A program made the position numbers and the translations under genes. Under the pieces are notes generated by a model. That model saw only the letters and a list, made by a program, of their open reading frames with translations. It made no database searches and was not told the DNA's origin. A stretch of DNA of 64,000 nucleotides from Mobula hypostoma (Eukaryota). The first letter of the stretch is position 1. Each line of letters begins with the position of its first letter. Where the stretch lies: NCBI RefSeq assembly GCF_963921235.1, contig NC_086099.1, positions 135,904,001 to 135,968,000 of the forward strand. Direction: 5' to 3'. Positions 26,190 through 38,975 of this stretch are shown piece by piece.

Positions 26190-29100
26190 GACTAAGATGT
26201 TAACTGTCCTGTGCTATCACCAGTGGGATCATCAGTTGATCTGCCACCTGTCTTCAGGAGTTTCGGCCTGCTTATGATCAAGACTCCCTCCAGGTGGTGG
26301 GCCAGCAGTGTAAAGCACCAGCTCCCACTGGTGAGCTTAAAAACTTGGCATCTGCCTCGATCAGAGTTGTTGGTCGTTTCCATCCAACAAATAGTCTACT
26401 CTTCAGGTGTCTATGCAACTACTTAAGGGTTTGCAAAAGATGGATACACTGTCCGACTATCTGCCCCTCTGGACGTACTTGGTCCACACCCATGATGATC
26501 ATGTCTCTGCTGCCTCAGCTACAGCCCTGCTGGTTGACTTGATCTCTCTTCTGGTGAAGCCAAGGTCACGCAGCCACTTCTGGAAAGTGAACGCAAAAAG
26601 CCACAGCAACCTACTTCGATTAGACAGCATGAGACCTTCCACCCTCTGTCTCTGCACTCTCATCTTAATTCTGCATACTTGGTTAACTTGCGCTCATGGG
26701 CTTCATCGATGTTGTCTTCCCAGGTGAGTTCATCAATAACCACTTCTCTACTGGTGTCAGACCATATGATTATATCTGTACACAATGTGGTGAAAGCTAT
26801 TTTCCCCGGGAAGCTGCCTTTCCCATCCAGGTCGGCCTTGACACACCAATCATTGGCTGAAGAAAGTATGCTTGATCATGGGCTTGCGCTGTACACCCTT
26901 GACTTGGAGCCTTCTTTCACAAACGATATGTGATGTTCTGTGCAGCATGGGACATAAGATAAGTTGTGCTGCAGTACTCTCTGCTCAACCACTTCTGTTA
27001 CAACTTTGAGAACATTGTTGTGTCTCCAAGCGTACATGCTGCTGGAAAGATTGACTCTGCATGCACTCAAAATATGTTGAGGTGTTCCCTTCTCGCCACA
27101 AGCAGCACACCTGTCTTATCTTCATACCAGTTGCTGAAGTTGGCAAGTGTTAGGATCAGGTCGTACACTGCTCTGCACAGGAAAGAAATACGGAGCGGTT
27201 CCATCTTCCACAGAACATTCCAAGATAGATGTTGTTGTCCAACACTTTCCCACCAGATCCAAGCCCTATGTTCGGCCAGCTGTTTTAGCTAACCTCTTCT
27301 CGTGTTCTACCTCTCGTATTTCTTGTGTTACAAACTCACGGTGCTCCTTACCTGTAGAAGATGACCACCACTTGTGGGTTGTCCATCCAAGTCCCTGGTG
27401 CCCTAGCTGGATAGCCCCAACCGTCTCCTTGTGCTTCAATCTAGACTCTGCCTCATCAACCGCTACATGGGCTGACCACTTCCTGCCTGATCCACATCCG
27501 GCTGGGTGTTCTTGATGACAGGGTTTTTTGAGTCTCGAAGCATCAAGAATGATCTCACCTTGACTACCTTGACCTCTTCAACAAGGGATTGCACTGGGAT
27601 GGTAGGCTTTGTCTGGCTACTGTAACACTGGTGAGGCTGCTCGGTACTCCAAACCACTTCTTCGCATACCTATTGATCTTCCATTCCATTGCCTCAACAT
27701 GGGACATTGCCACTTCATAGACAGTTAGTGGCCACATTATCTGTGGCATCAGTCCATACTGCAAGCACCACAACTTCAACTTGCCAGGCAAGCCACACTT
27801 GTCAACAGACATCAGACCTCTGCTGATCTGTTCTCCTGTCTCTTGAACTCTCTTGGTGTCGCTCAGCTCCTCTGTGTACCATCGCCCGAGGCTCTTAACT
27901 GGTTGGTCCTGAATGGATGGAATCTCCTCTCCACAAAGGGTGAAATGAAAGTCAACCAGCTTTCCTCTCATAAGACAAGGCTTCTTGACTTCTTGGTCTT
28001 GAACTTCATTCTTCCCCAATCCATTAGCTCCTCGAGTCTAGATAGTACACTTTCCACTGCCTCTGTGCTAGGATCCAAAAGGGTGAGATCGTCCAAGAAT
28101 GCTTGTATTGGTGGTAACTCCCCTCCGCCATCAAGTGCGACACCTGGTCCCACTGATTTTGCAGCCCTCACAATGACCTCCATGGATAACACAAAAAAGA
28201 TGGGTGAAATCGCACAACCCCTTTGGGATTCCAACATCCAAGCTCTGCCACCTACTTGTAAACTGCTGAGTGGAAAACCTCATCCAGAAATCGCTGTAGT
28301 ACTGCATAACAAAGTTCTTCACCTTAGCAAGAGTCCATAGGAATTCCATCGCAAATTCAATCAGGACATGGGGAACAGAACCATACGCATTTGCAAGATC
28401 AAGCCAAACTACAGCCAGATTTCTTCTCAACCTTTTCGACTCCTGGATGGTATGCCATATCATGCTAGTATGTTCAAGGCATCCCGGGAAGCCTGGTATT
28501 CCTGCCTTCTGCGCAGATGTACTTACCAATCCATTCTCTATCACAAATAAAGATATTCTTTCTGCTAGAATGCCAAACATAATCTTCCCCTCTACATTCA
28601 GGAGTGAAATTGATTGGAACTAATTCAATGTAGTAGAATTCTCTTCCTTCGGGATGTATACTCCTTCAGCCTCACTCCATGACAAAGGAACAACACCTTG
28701 TCTCCACACCACCTTTAACAATCTGCACAAGTATTTCCTCAGCTCTTCACACTCCTTGAACACCTTATACAGCACTCCATTAGGTCTTGGCACTGAACCT
28801 GACCTTGCCTGTCTGATGAACTGTTCGACTTCTGCCAGTTTGGATTCTGACAGATTGAACTTCACTCCTGGCTTGGTAGGCTTCACAAGCCCTGAAATGT
28901 CAAGCAAAGGAGCCTCCCGCTGTTCGTTAGAGTAAGCGCTTGCCAGGTGATCCTCAAGTTCTTGTTGAGAGATGTTAAGCTGCCCGCTCTTACTTTGTTC
29001 AAACAATTTCTTTGTGAACTGGTGAAGGTTCTCAAAGAACAACTTTCTTGCCTTCTCTCCCTTCTTTCTCTTTTTACGTTGTGACTCTGCACGACGGAGT

Positions 29101-29875
29101 GATGCCAACTTTAATCCAAAATGCTCTTGGAGATCAGCAAGCCCTGGTTTGTCACCCTCACTTGCTACCTTCCACCTCTGTCTCAACGATCTAAACTCTC
29201 TCCCCAACCTACTAATCTCCTTCTGGCACCTGCTTGGTGTCTGCGTAGGCTTTGCTTTCTTCAATTCAACCAAACCAAACCGGTACTTTCCAACATCATA
29301 AATCATATCACCCATCACTTCCAACTTCCTCTTTGATGTTCCCATGAAAGTGTGCTCCAACATCATACTGATATCCTCATCAAACACACGCCAAACCTTC
29401 TCATCTGCCATTGCTGGCCACTTGACCTTCCTCTTCTTTTCTACCTCCTCACCACCGCCATCATGTGAAGGATCTACCTGGGTACTGTGGTCTGAAACCT
29501 GACTTGGGTTATCTCTCATCTAACCTGGAGTATGATGACTCTCTCCAGAGCAAATCGCTGTGGCTTGTAAATCAGTGGTTGAAAACTGTGCTTGGTGAAG
29601 TAATTCCATCTTCATCTACTGGGATGGAATAGCACTTCAACTTTGCTTGGCGGACTCATAAACCTTTAATGCTGGAAAACACTCTCCCACACCAACACAT
29701 TGGACACTCAAAGCCTCTTATCCCAGCTCTTGGTCGTAGTCATTCCCTGTAATTAACTATATCCGTCCGATTGGGTCCATCATTCTCTCTGCCTCTCGGA
29801 GGACCCTGAGTGTATGTTTCTCCGTGTAAACTAGAAGCTTCAAGTGGTGGGTGTTCTTCTGAGTAGTAAACTTTA
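26190..29875 (-). mobile_element. Near full-length RLE non-LTR retrotransposon (HERO-like), inactivated
   Basis: N-terminal Cys motif CPMCWCGRVF; RT QKAGIPGFPGCLEH...WLDLANAYGSVPH, AFLDDLT, KLKLWCLQYGLMPQIMWPL; C-terminal CCHC (CAACGEKGTPQHILSAC...WRHNNVL) and restriction-like endonuclease region; inserted antisense into an old CR1 remnant (~26040-26190 and ~29875-30095). Confidence 0.85.
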
Positions 29876-30479
29876 GTCAGAAGATGGGAAAAAATTTGCA
29901 ATCCCCTGTTGATGGTGGTGGTGGATGCAAAGATTCTCACAACCCTTAAGAAGTATCTGGACCAGCACCTGAATTGCCAAAGCACAAGAGGATATGGATC
30001 AGGTGGTTGTAAATGGGATTAGTATAAATGGTTACTTCATGGTTGGTATGGATAGGGTAGGCCAAAGGCCTGCTTTTGTTCTCTATCACTCATACTTCCT
30101 TTGTTGCAATATGTCAATTTATGTTTCTGGCTGTGAAGTGCTTTGTACACCCTAATATGTTTAAGGTATATATGCAAAAACAGAGTCCATCTGTCTTGCA
30201 AAGCCACGTTTATGCTTTGCTCACTGTCTTCTGAATTATTAATAACAATTACAAAACAAAAGGACTGCAAGATAAATATAATTTGCAGGAGATTAAGATA
30301 ATAACAGTGACCTCTTACCTTCTTCCACCTGAACTCTTTTTATGCAATTGTACTTGGGTACAATTTGAAAAGCAGTCTCCAGTTTTAAATTACATATTGT
30401 TAAATTACCATTGTTGGCATAATCTCAGATGGTGATGAGAGGGCATACAGGAGTGAGACATACCAGCTAGCTGAGTGGC

Positions 30480-31020
30480 ACAAAGACAACAAAAATCTAC
30501 AGATGCTGGAAATCCAAACAACACACACAAAATGCTGAAAGAACTCAGCAGGCCAGGTAGCAGCTATGGAAAAGAGCAAACAGTCAACGTTTCGGGCCGA
30601 GACACTTCATCAGGACTGGAAAAACGATCAGAAGTGAGAGCAGGAAGGTGGGGGGAGGGGAGGAAGAATTACAAGGTGGCAGGTGATACGCGAAACCAGC
30701 AGAAGAGGAGGGATGAAGTAAAGAGCCGGGAAGTTGATCGGTGAAAGAGGTAAAGGGCTGGAGAAGTGGGAATCTGACAGGAGGGGACAGAAGACCATAG
30801 AAGAAAGGGAGGGGAGAGGAGCTCCAGAGGGAAGTGCTGGGCAGATAAGGAGAGAGGACAAAAGAGGGAAATGGGAATTGGAATGGTGAAGGTGGGGGTC
30901 AAATACCAGAAGTTTGAGAAAACGATGTTCATGCTATCAGATTGGAGGCTACCCAGATGGAACCTGAGCATGGCCTCATCACAGCAGTAGAAGAGGCCAT
31001 GGACTGACATGCTGGAATGA
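30480..31020 (-). mobile_element. Penelope-like 3' fragment with hammerhead motif (~30582-30618)
   Basis: MSVHGLFYCCDEAMLRFHLGSLQSDSMNIVFSNF; minus-strand CCTGATGAAGTGTCTCGGCCCGAAACGTTGACTG. Confidence 0.8.
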
Positions 31021-31502
31021 GTGGTGCTGCCACACCACTAGTTGAGTGGCATCGCATAACAACCTGCACTCAGTGTCAGTAAAACCATTGTGGACTTCAA
31101 AAAGGATAAGGTAAGGGAACACACACCAGGCCTCATAGCATGTTCAGAAGTGGAGAGAGTGAGCAAGTTCAAGTTCCTGGGTGTTAATATCTCTAAGGAC
31201 CTAACCTGGTCCCGACATATCGATGCAGCTTTAAAGAAGGCAAGATAGTGGCTATATTTCATTAGCAGTTTGAGGAGAGTTGATATGTTACTTAATCACA
31301 AGCAAATTTCTACAGATGCACCCTGGAGAACATTCTGATTGGCTGCATCACCGTCTAGTATTCGGGCGGGGTGGGGGGGGGAGGCACGGCTGCAGCACAG
31401 GATAGAAGTAAGTTGCAGAGAGTTATAAAATTAGTCAGCTCCATCATGAGCACTAGCCTCTGTAGTATCCAAGACATCTTCAAGAAGCAGTGCCTCAAAA
31501 AG

Positions 31503-31907
31503 AATCTATGGATAGACCTCAACAGAGCAGTGCATGCAAGACAGCCCAAGAATCTCACAGAACTAGAAGCCTTTTGCAAGGAAGAATGGGCGATAATCCC
31601 CCAAACAAGAATTGAAAGATGATTAACTGGCTACGAAAAGCATTTACAAGCTGTGATACTTGCCAAGGGGTGTGTTATTAAGTATTGCCATGCAGGGTGC
31701 CCAAACTTTTGCTTTGGGCCCTTTTCCTTTTTTGTTATTTTGAAACTGTAAAAGATGGAAATAAAAATGTAATCTTGCTTAAAATATTAAAGGAATGTGT
31801 CATCTTTAACTTTATGCCTTTTGGAAATCAGTTCATCTTTTACTCACTTAGCTATTCACAGTAACAGAAATTTTGACCAGGAGTGCCCAAACTTTTGCAT
31901 GCCACTG
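31503..31907 (+). mobile_element. Tc1/mariner transposon 3' end
   Basis: NLWIDLNRAVHARQPKNLTELEAFCKEEWAIIPQTRIER; terminal ...CAAACTTTTGCATGCCACTG followed by TA. Confidence 0.88.
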
Positions 31908-32739
31908 TATAATCAAAGATTCTACCAACCAGGACATTCTCTCTTCTGTCCTTTCCATTGGGCAGAAGATACAAAAAGACACAGACTAAAGGACAGCTAT
32001 TACTCGACTGCTTTAAGAAAATTAAATGATTCCCTAGTGTGATAAGATGGATCCTTGACCTCACAATCTATCTTGTGTTCCTGCACTTTACTGTCTACCT
32101 GGACTACATTCTTTCTGTACTATTATATTTTATTTTGCACTCAGTTATTGTTTTACCTTGTATTACAATGCACCATTATAATTAAGTGATCTGTATAGAT
32201 GGTGTGCAAGACAGATTAATGAATTATGTAGATTAACATCACACATAATTATTGCTGTGTTCTTGTCACATTTGAGTCCGGTTTAATTGCATCCACTCTA
32301 ATGTTTGGAGTATGTACGTGACCTCCACCAAACGTTCAGACCCCATGGTGTTACAGGTACTTTGTTCTACCAAGATTGTAATTCTTCTTTTACTGACAAT
32401 GCCACTATGCCCCCTCGCCTGTTTCCAGCCTCTTGTGAATACTGTACTGAAGATCCTTGAGTGCTCAGTCCCAAAGCTTGGTCACTTGTTCAGCCACGTC
32501 TCAATAATGGCAATCATATTGTATATATTAATATCTATTTGTGCGATTAATGCATCTGTGTAATTCCGCGCAGAGACACAATGCATCCAGACTTATCTTG
32601 ATTACTACTTCCAGTATTTTACTCCCCCCCCCCCCCCCCACTTTATGATTTCCAACAGCGGCAGTTTTCATTTTCACTCGCATCTTTGCTATTTATTTAA
32701 TTAACTGTTTTTACATTTCCCAGCTGCTCTATCTGATGC

Positions 32740-33110
32740 GCTTCTATCTCGGACTCATCCATGCCAGCCGCTCCCGGAGGAGAAGACTATAAACCAGACG
32801 AGACAGACCTATCAGCCCTCATCCTCCCACCACTGCTGCTCACCTCTGCCGCCGCCATCTTGTGTTTGGAAACGGTTGCTCGGCGACGTGACGTCGCACT
32901 CCGGGCTCGGGTTCGGGGTGCCGGTACATAGTGTTGATCCTGCGTGTTGTCGGTGGCATTCGGCCGGTTGTACTGCACCTTGTGCAATGCTATTTGTCCA
33001 CAATACTGTACTCTGAGCATTTCCAAAGGTGTCCAAAATGCACAATGTAAGTTCACTCGGCGCGAAATTTTGGACCCTAAATCTTGGTAGCTGCAACCGC
33101 GTTCGTAATT
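32740..33110 (-). promoter_or_regulatory. CpG-rich LRRC72 promoter with X-box-like (32875-32887) and CRE-like (32889-32896) motifs
   Basis: Locally high CpG density in non-repeat DNA; GTTGCTCGGCGAC resembles an RFX X-box; TGACGTCG is adjacent. Confidence 0.6.
32844..32858 (-). CDS. LRRC72: Probable LRRC72 first coding exon (MAAAE)
   Basis: CACAAG-ATG-GCG-GCG-GCA-GAG|GTGAGC: strong Kozak context and phase-0 donor compatible with the phase-0 acceptor at 18696, inside a CpG-rich island. Confidence 0.7.
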
Positions 33111-33569
33111 AAATTACAGCAAAAAATGGGAAATTATGGAAATATTTTGCAGGTCACACTGTAGGAGGTCTGAGTTACTGAGTATTTCCACCATTTTATA
33201 CTTTTGTTTTAGATTTTCAGCAGCTTTCAAGACCAGGTTTACTGTCAATAACGTACATATCCAGAGCAAAATGCCGTGAAGATCAGCTTTTTGCAGCAGG
33301 ACATTTCCATTTAAATAACAACACCTTCCTGATGGAGTATTAATTTTATATGGTTTACTATTAGCCGTAAGATTGTCAGACTATTAACAGCTGCACAATT
33401 TATTTGTACATTTGTATAATTCGCGACAGAATTCCGTTGTTCTGCATTGCTGTTTGCCCTAAATGTTACAAGCAAATAAAATGTTACAAATCGCTCAGCA
33501 GATCACAGTAGTTTCTGTGGACTGAGAAGCACTCCACTTCGAGGTCTTTTAGCGGCTTTTTAAAAATTG

Positions 33570-34630
33570 AAAGTAAATTGGTAAATTTGTTTATTATTGT
33601 CAAATGTACTGAGGCATGTGATCGCATACCATCAATACAGATCAATTAATTCCAACAGTTTTTTAAGGTAGTACAAGGTAAAATAAGAACAAAGTGCCGA
33701 ATAGAGCGTTGTAATAGAGGAAGTTCAGTGCAGGTGGACAGTATGTGTGCAAGGTCACAATAAAGTCGATTGTGAGGTCAAAAATCCGTGTTAACGTACT
33801 ATGGAACCATTCAATATCCTTAAAACATCAGGATAGAGGCAGTCCTTGAGCCTCTACGTTTTCACAGCCTTTTGTATTTACTGCCTGATAGGAAGAGAGG
33901 AGAGAGAATGCCTGCGATGGGTGGGGCTTTGATTATACCGACTACTTTCTCAAAGCAGAGGGCCATGGTGGTGGGGGGAGGCTGTTTTCCGTGATGTGGG
34001 GGATTCTGTCCACAACTCTCTACAGCGAGTAAGTACAGGAGCCTGAAGACACGCACCCAACGTTTTAGGATTCAACTTTGCCATCAGATTTCTGAACAGA
34101 CAAGGAACCGATGAACACTACCTCAATATTTTTGCTCTTTTTTTCATTACTTATTCCTTATTGTAAGTTACAGTATAGTATATTTTTTGCACTGCTGCAA
34201 AACAACAAATTTCACCATGTATGGCAGTGATAAACACGATTCTGAGTCTCTTGCACTCACGGATAGAGCAGTTATCATACCAAGCCATGCTGCCTCCAGA
34301 TAGGTTTCTTTCTGTGGTGCAACAATAAAAATTGGCGAGGCTCAAAGTGGACTTGACAGATTTCTTTGGCCTCCTGAGGAAAAGCTGTGCTGTAAACATG
34401 GTCGGACCACGACATGATGTTCACTCTTCAAACTTAGAAACATAGAAAACCTACAGCACAATACAGGCCCTTCAGCCCACAAAGTTGTGCGGAAAATGTC
34501 CTTGCCACAGAAATTACCTAGGGTTACCCATAGCCCTCTAAACTCTCAACCCTCTCAACCACAACACTGTTGATGTGAACAGGAACATGGGCGTCACTTT
34601 CTTCCTGGAATCAAGGAGCAGCTCTTTTGT
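33570..34630 (-). mobile_element. Mosaic of Rex/Babar-type LINE 3' fragments and a short CR1 tail (34436-34540)
   Basis: FLRRPKK...LANFYCCTTE...MAWYDNCS; AGAAACATAGAAAACCTACAG is the complement of a CR1 tail. Confidence 0.55.
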
Positions 34631-34757
34631 GACATGTAAATTATATTCAAAACCTGACCTTTAATAAAACAATGCAAAATAGCCTAAATAAACCAAATGA
34701 CATTACTTCCAGAGAGTATTGATTCCATTAATTCATTAAAGCACAATTTATTTAAGT

Positions 34758-35015
34758 TGGGGCAGCACGGTAGTGCAGTGATTAGCACACCGCTTTACTG
34801 TACGAGTGACGTAGGTTCAATTCCCACCTGCCTGTAAGGAATTTGTAAGTTCTCCCTGTGACCACATGGGTTTCCTCCCACAGATGTGCCAGTTGATAGA
34901 CTAAATGGTCATTGTAAATTGGCCTGTGATTAGGCCCAGATTGAATTGGGGGATTGTTACGTGATGTGAATGAAAGGCCAGAAGGGCCTATTCCATGCTG
35001 TATCTCAATAAATAA
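34758..35015 (+). mobile_element. tRNA-derived V-SINE-like element
   Basis: GGCAGCACGGTAGTGCAGTG A box, GGTTCAATTCC B box, V-domain-like TTCTCCCTGTGACCACATGGGTTTCCTCC, LINE-like tail ending AATAAATAA. Confidence 0.7.
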
Positions 35016-35084
35016 CTATATAGTACTTCATTCTAAGAGACCTGGGGATCCATGTCGAATCGCATCTCATATAAAAAATTGTCT

Positions 35085-36370
35085 ATGATAAGCCTACGGA
35101 CTCTCACAGCTACCTGGACTCTTCCCACCTTTTCTCTTGCAGAAGTGCCACCCCCTTCTCACAATTCCTCCATCTCCGCCACATCTGCTCTCAGGATGAG
35201 GCTTTTCATTCCAGGACGAAGGAGATGTCTTCCTTTTTTAAAGAAAGAGAATCCCCTTCCTCCACCATCAACTCTACTCTCAAACACATCTCTCTCATTT
35301 CACGCACATCTGCTCTCACTCCATCCTCCCGCCACCCCACTAGGAATAGGGTTCCCCTTGTCCTAACCTACCACCCCACCAGCCTCCGGGTCTAACATAT
35401 AATTCTCCGTAACTTCCACCACCTCCAACGGGATCCTACCACCAAGTACATCTTTCCCTCCCCCCCCCGCTTTCCACAGGGATCGCTCCCTACGTGACTC
35501 CTTTGTCCATTCATCCCCCCAATCCCTTCCCACTGATCTCCCTCCTGGCACTTATCCTTGTAAGTGGAACAAATGCTACACATGCCCTTACACTTCCTCC
35601 CTCACCACCATTCAGGGCCCCAGACAGTCCCTCCAGGTGAGGAGACACTTCACCTGTGAGTCTTATTGTGTCCGGTGCTCCCGGTGCAGCCTTCTATATA
35701 TTGGGGAGACCCGACCCAGACTGGGAGACCGTTTTGCTGAACACCTACGCTCTGTTCACCAGAGAAAACAAGATCTCCCAGTGGCCACGTATATTAATTC
35801 CACGTCCCATTCCCATTCTGATGTGTCTATCCATGGCCTCATCTACTGTCAAGATGAAGCCACACTCAGGTTGGAGGAAAAACACCTTATATTCCATCCG
35901 GGTAGCCTCCAACCTGATGGCATGAATATTGATTTCTCTAACTTCCGCTAATTTCCCTCCTCCCCTTCAAACCCCATCCCTTAGTAATATATTTTTTATG
36001 TATTTCCCCCCTTTTTTTCTCTTTTTTTCTCCCTCTGTCCCTCTCACTACAACTCCTTGCCTGTTCTACACCCTCCGGGCTCCCCTCCCCTCTTCTCTTT
36101 CTCCCCAGGCTTTCCGTCCCATGATCCTCTCCCTTCTCCAGCCTGGTATCCTTTTTGCCAATCAACTTTCCAGATCTGAGATCCACCCCTGCCCTCCTGT
36201 CTTCTCCTATCATTTCGGATCTCCCCCTCAGCCTCCCACTTTCAAATCTCTTACTATCTCTTCCTTCAGTTAGCCCTGACGAAGGGTCTCGGCCTGAAAC
36301 GTTGACTGTACCTCTTCCTAGAGATGCTGCCTGGCCTGCTGAGTTCACCAGCACTTTTTGTGTGTGTTGC
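35085..36370 (+). mobile_element. Penelope-like element 3' part (GIY-YIG endonuclease, hammerhead motif 36271-36308)
   Basis: ORF 35637-35951 YCVRCSRCSLLYIGETRPRLGDRFAEHLRSV...; CCTGACGAAGGGTCTCGGCCTGAAACGTTGACTG. Confidence 0.9.
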
Positions 36371-37272
36371 TCATATAAAAAATGTAGGGATGGGACAATG
36401 CAAATTTTAAAGGTCCTTATCAACCATTAGCAATTAATTAACAATCTCTAATAACAATTAACCGTGCAACACATACAGTAAGTTGGAGGAATTTACTAGG
36501 TTAGACAGCCTCTGTGGTGAGAAATACACAGTTGATGTTCGGACCGAGACTGTTCATCTGTACTGGAAAGGAAGGGGAAAGAAGCCAGAATAAGAAGCTG
36601 GCATGAGGGGAAAGAGTACAAGTTGGCAGGTGATAGGTGATACCAGGGGAGGGGGATGAAGTATGCATACTAGATTGAGTTAGGATTCAATATGCAGTAT
36701 TGTTAAGCTTTTGACATTGCATTGAATCAAAATCAGCTTTATTGTCAGTGACATAAGTCGTGAAATTTGTTGTTTTTGGCAGCAGTACAAACTACTATAA
36801 GTTACAAATAAGAATAATTAAATAGTGATGAAAAGGGATAGAGATGTAGTGTTCATGGACAGTTCAGAAGTCTTATTATTTTGTTAAATCAAAAATCTCA
36901 TTGTGTGATAATGCAAATACACAAATAAGATAAAAAGGGAAGTAATTATTGCAAATAACATAATTCTAAGAATTATTTTGGATTGATGTAACAGGTTTAC
37001 GCATATAAAACAGGTTACAATTATAAGAAAAATTCCTGATTAAAATGTGCTTCATTGAATATTAATACCCCATGTACTAGGATCTGTAAAACATGTTATG
37101 TGCGTTTGTGCATATATTTGGAACTTCACAAATGTCATACATCACAAGGATTCTGTCTCTTTAAGGGGTGTTACAAAAGAAATATTTCACAATGTGAAAC
37201 CTGAGATGTGTGAAATTTGAAACTGACATGATTTGCATATACCACACTTCTACGTGTGTGATCTGGCTTGCT

Positions 37273-37357
37273 ATTGGTTATCAGGATATGTCTGTATGTT
37301 TCCTTTCTCAAGCTTCACTGTTTCCACTTGAATGAATGCCAAGGAGCTTTATAAAAA
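37273..37357 (+). promoter_or_regulatory. SOSTDC1 core promoter: inverted CCAAT (ATTGG 37273-37277) and TATA box (TATAAAAA 37350-37357)
   Basis: Canonical motifs with plausible spacing; TATA is ~80 nt upstream of the ATG. Confidence 0.7.
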
Positions 37358-37429
37358 GCAAGGCACAGAAACTCCACGTTAAAACCTACAAAGTTACAAC
37401 CAGATCTTCATCCTGAGCGTTCTTGAGCC

Positions 37430-37652
37430 ATGATTATTACACAGCCTTTTGATTGCACTTTCTTTGTGATAGCATGCATTTTTTTAAAATGCTGCTTTGC
37501 CTTTGACATGGGTGCAGAACAAACTAAAAATGATGCTACAGAAATATTCTACAATCTCAAGGTGCTACAGCATGAACGTCCAAGTAATTTAACATTAAAT
37601 CAGGCAAGGAATGGAGGAAGGCTACCTAACCCTTCAGACATGGATCATAAAG
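37430..37652 (+). CDS. SOSTDC1: SOSTDC1 exon 1 (signal peptide, KNDATEI, NLTLNQARNGGR)
   Basis: Hallmark sclerostin-family KNDATEI and SOSTDC1-type LNQARNGGR motifs; phase-1 donor AAAG|GTACAG. Confidence 0.96.
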
Positions 37653-38975
37653 GTACAGTTTGTGTGTTTTGAGAAATATTATCTTTGCTTTGGGAGCTTT
37701 TCCCCTAATAAATAATATGGCATTAGACATATGTATTGTAGAACTTTACTTTCTGCTAAATTAACATTTAGATTTAAATACAAAATTCATTATTGCATTA
37801 ATTATATCATTAGTAAATGTATAAAGGTGGCATTTTCATAGACAATGTGCTATTATTAAAATACAGATAATACATTATATTATATGTCAAAACAATGTAA
37901 AAGGATGAGAATAATTTAAATGGAAACTATGAAATAAGTAGCATGACCATGTATAAGAAATGTTATCAAATTTCCTGAATGGACAGTCTCAAGAAAATTG
38001 CACTGATAATTATTTTGTAATCGTTATGAAGTATTGAGCTGTCTATTGATCTAAAATACATTATTTTCACTGGGTTATTTTCATTGAGGTGCCTCACACA
38101 GCTTCTGATCAGGCTTGTGAGAAGCAGGAGCACATTCTGACCAATGCTTGAAGGTTTCATTTAGCATTTGAGTGTTCAGCAAGTTTTCAATTACAGTTAC
38201 TAGAATTACATGCACTATCATGTTAGCTATATTTGTAATCAACCTATCTTTGCATTGCCTTCAAAGAGACCGATAAGACATATATGGCACTGCCCTCCAT
38301 TGGCAGAATTTCAGTGAATTTATTCCAGATTAAAAGTGGCAATCCAATTTAGATTTGTGTGTCAATATACAGCAAAGCAAAGGGAGCAAGGTTCTTGATT
38401 AATCAACATAGCTTTCTAAATTTAATTGGTTAGTTTTTCATGGATGTGTATTTATTCAATTTGTCACCTAAACACAAATTTTTAAGAAAATGCAAATTGG
38501 AACATAAAAATTTAGCGCTGAATATGTTTCTTTTGTTGCTGTGATGACTAACAAATTGAAAGAAGTTTGGAAAGCAGCAAACAAAATCAACTAATGTTTG
38601 ACATTGCCCCATTTTGAAAATCAGTTAAACATTCCATAGGTATTTGGTTACAAGCTAGACTTAGTTACTGGAAGTATTATCTGAAAAATATGTTTTTGTA
38701 GTTCTAAAAAGACACACATGTTGAGTAGAACAGACATTTTTATGGATTTGATTCATGGCAAATTTTAAAAATGCTCTTGGCTTGATTTCATGGATAGAGA
38801 AGATGTTTAAGCTTTGAAACAGTATAATCTAATACCAAAAAATTTTAAAAAGAGTGAGAATTTTCAAGTAAAGCAGAATTTTAAAAGGCTGATGGGGTGG
38901 GGTGATTATGAGCATCTTATTTGAGTTTTAAAAATCAATTGTATGAAAAAAATAATTTGTTTCTTTCAAATGTAG

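Larger units (their letters stand above)
30410..32215 (+). mobile_element. Rex1/Babar-type LINE 3' region, interrupted by a PLE and a Tc1 fragment
   Basis: VERVSKFKFLGVNISKDLTW, LQRVIKLVSSIMSTSL motifs on both sides of the insertions. Confidence 0.65.

Noticed and set aside
32624-32639. Poly-C tract (and similar G runs at ~1385, ~1913, ~61619) as functional G-quadruplexes
   Set aside because: Simple homopolymers with no supporting context; length is unreliable in assemblies
38921-38975. N-terminal extension of the SOSTDC1 exon 2 ORF
   Set aside because: Intronic read-through upstream of the splice acceptor at 38974-38975
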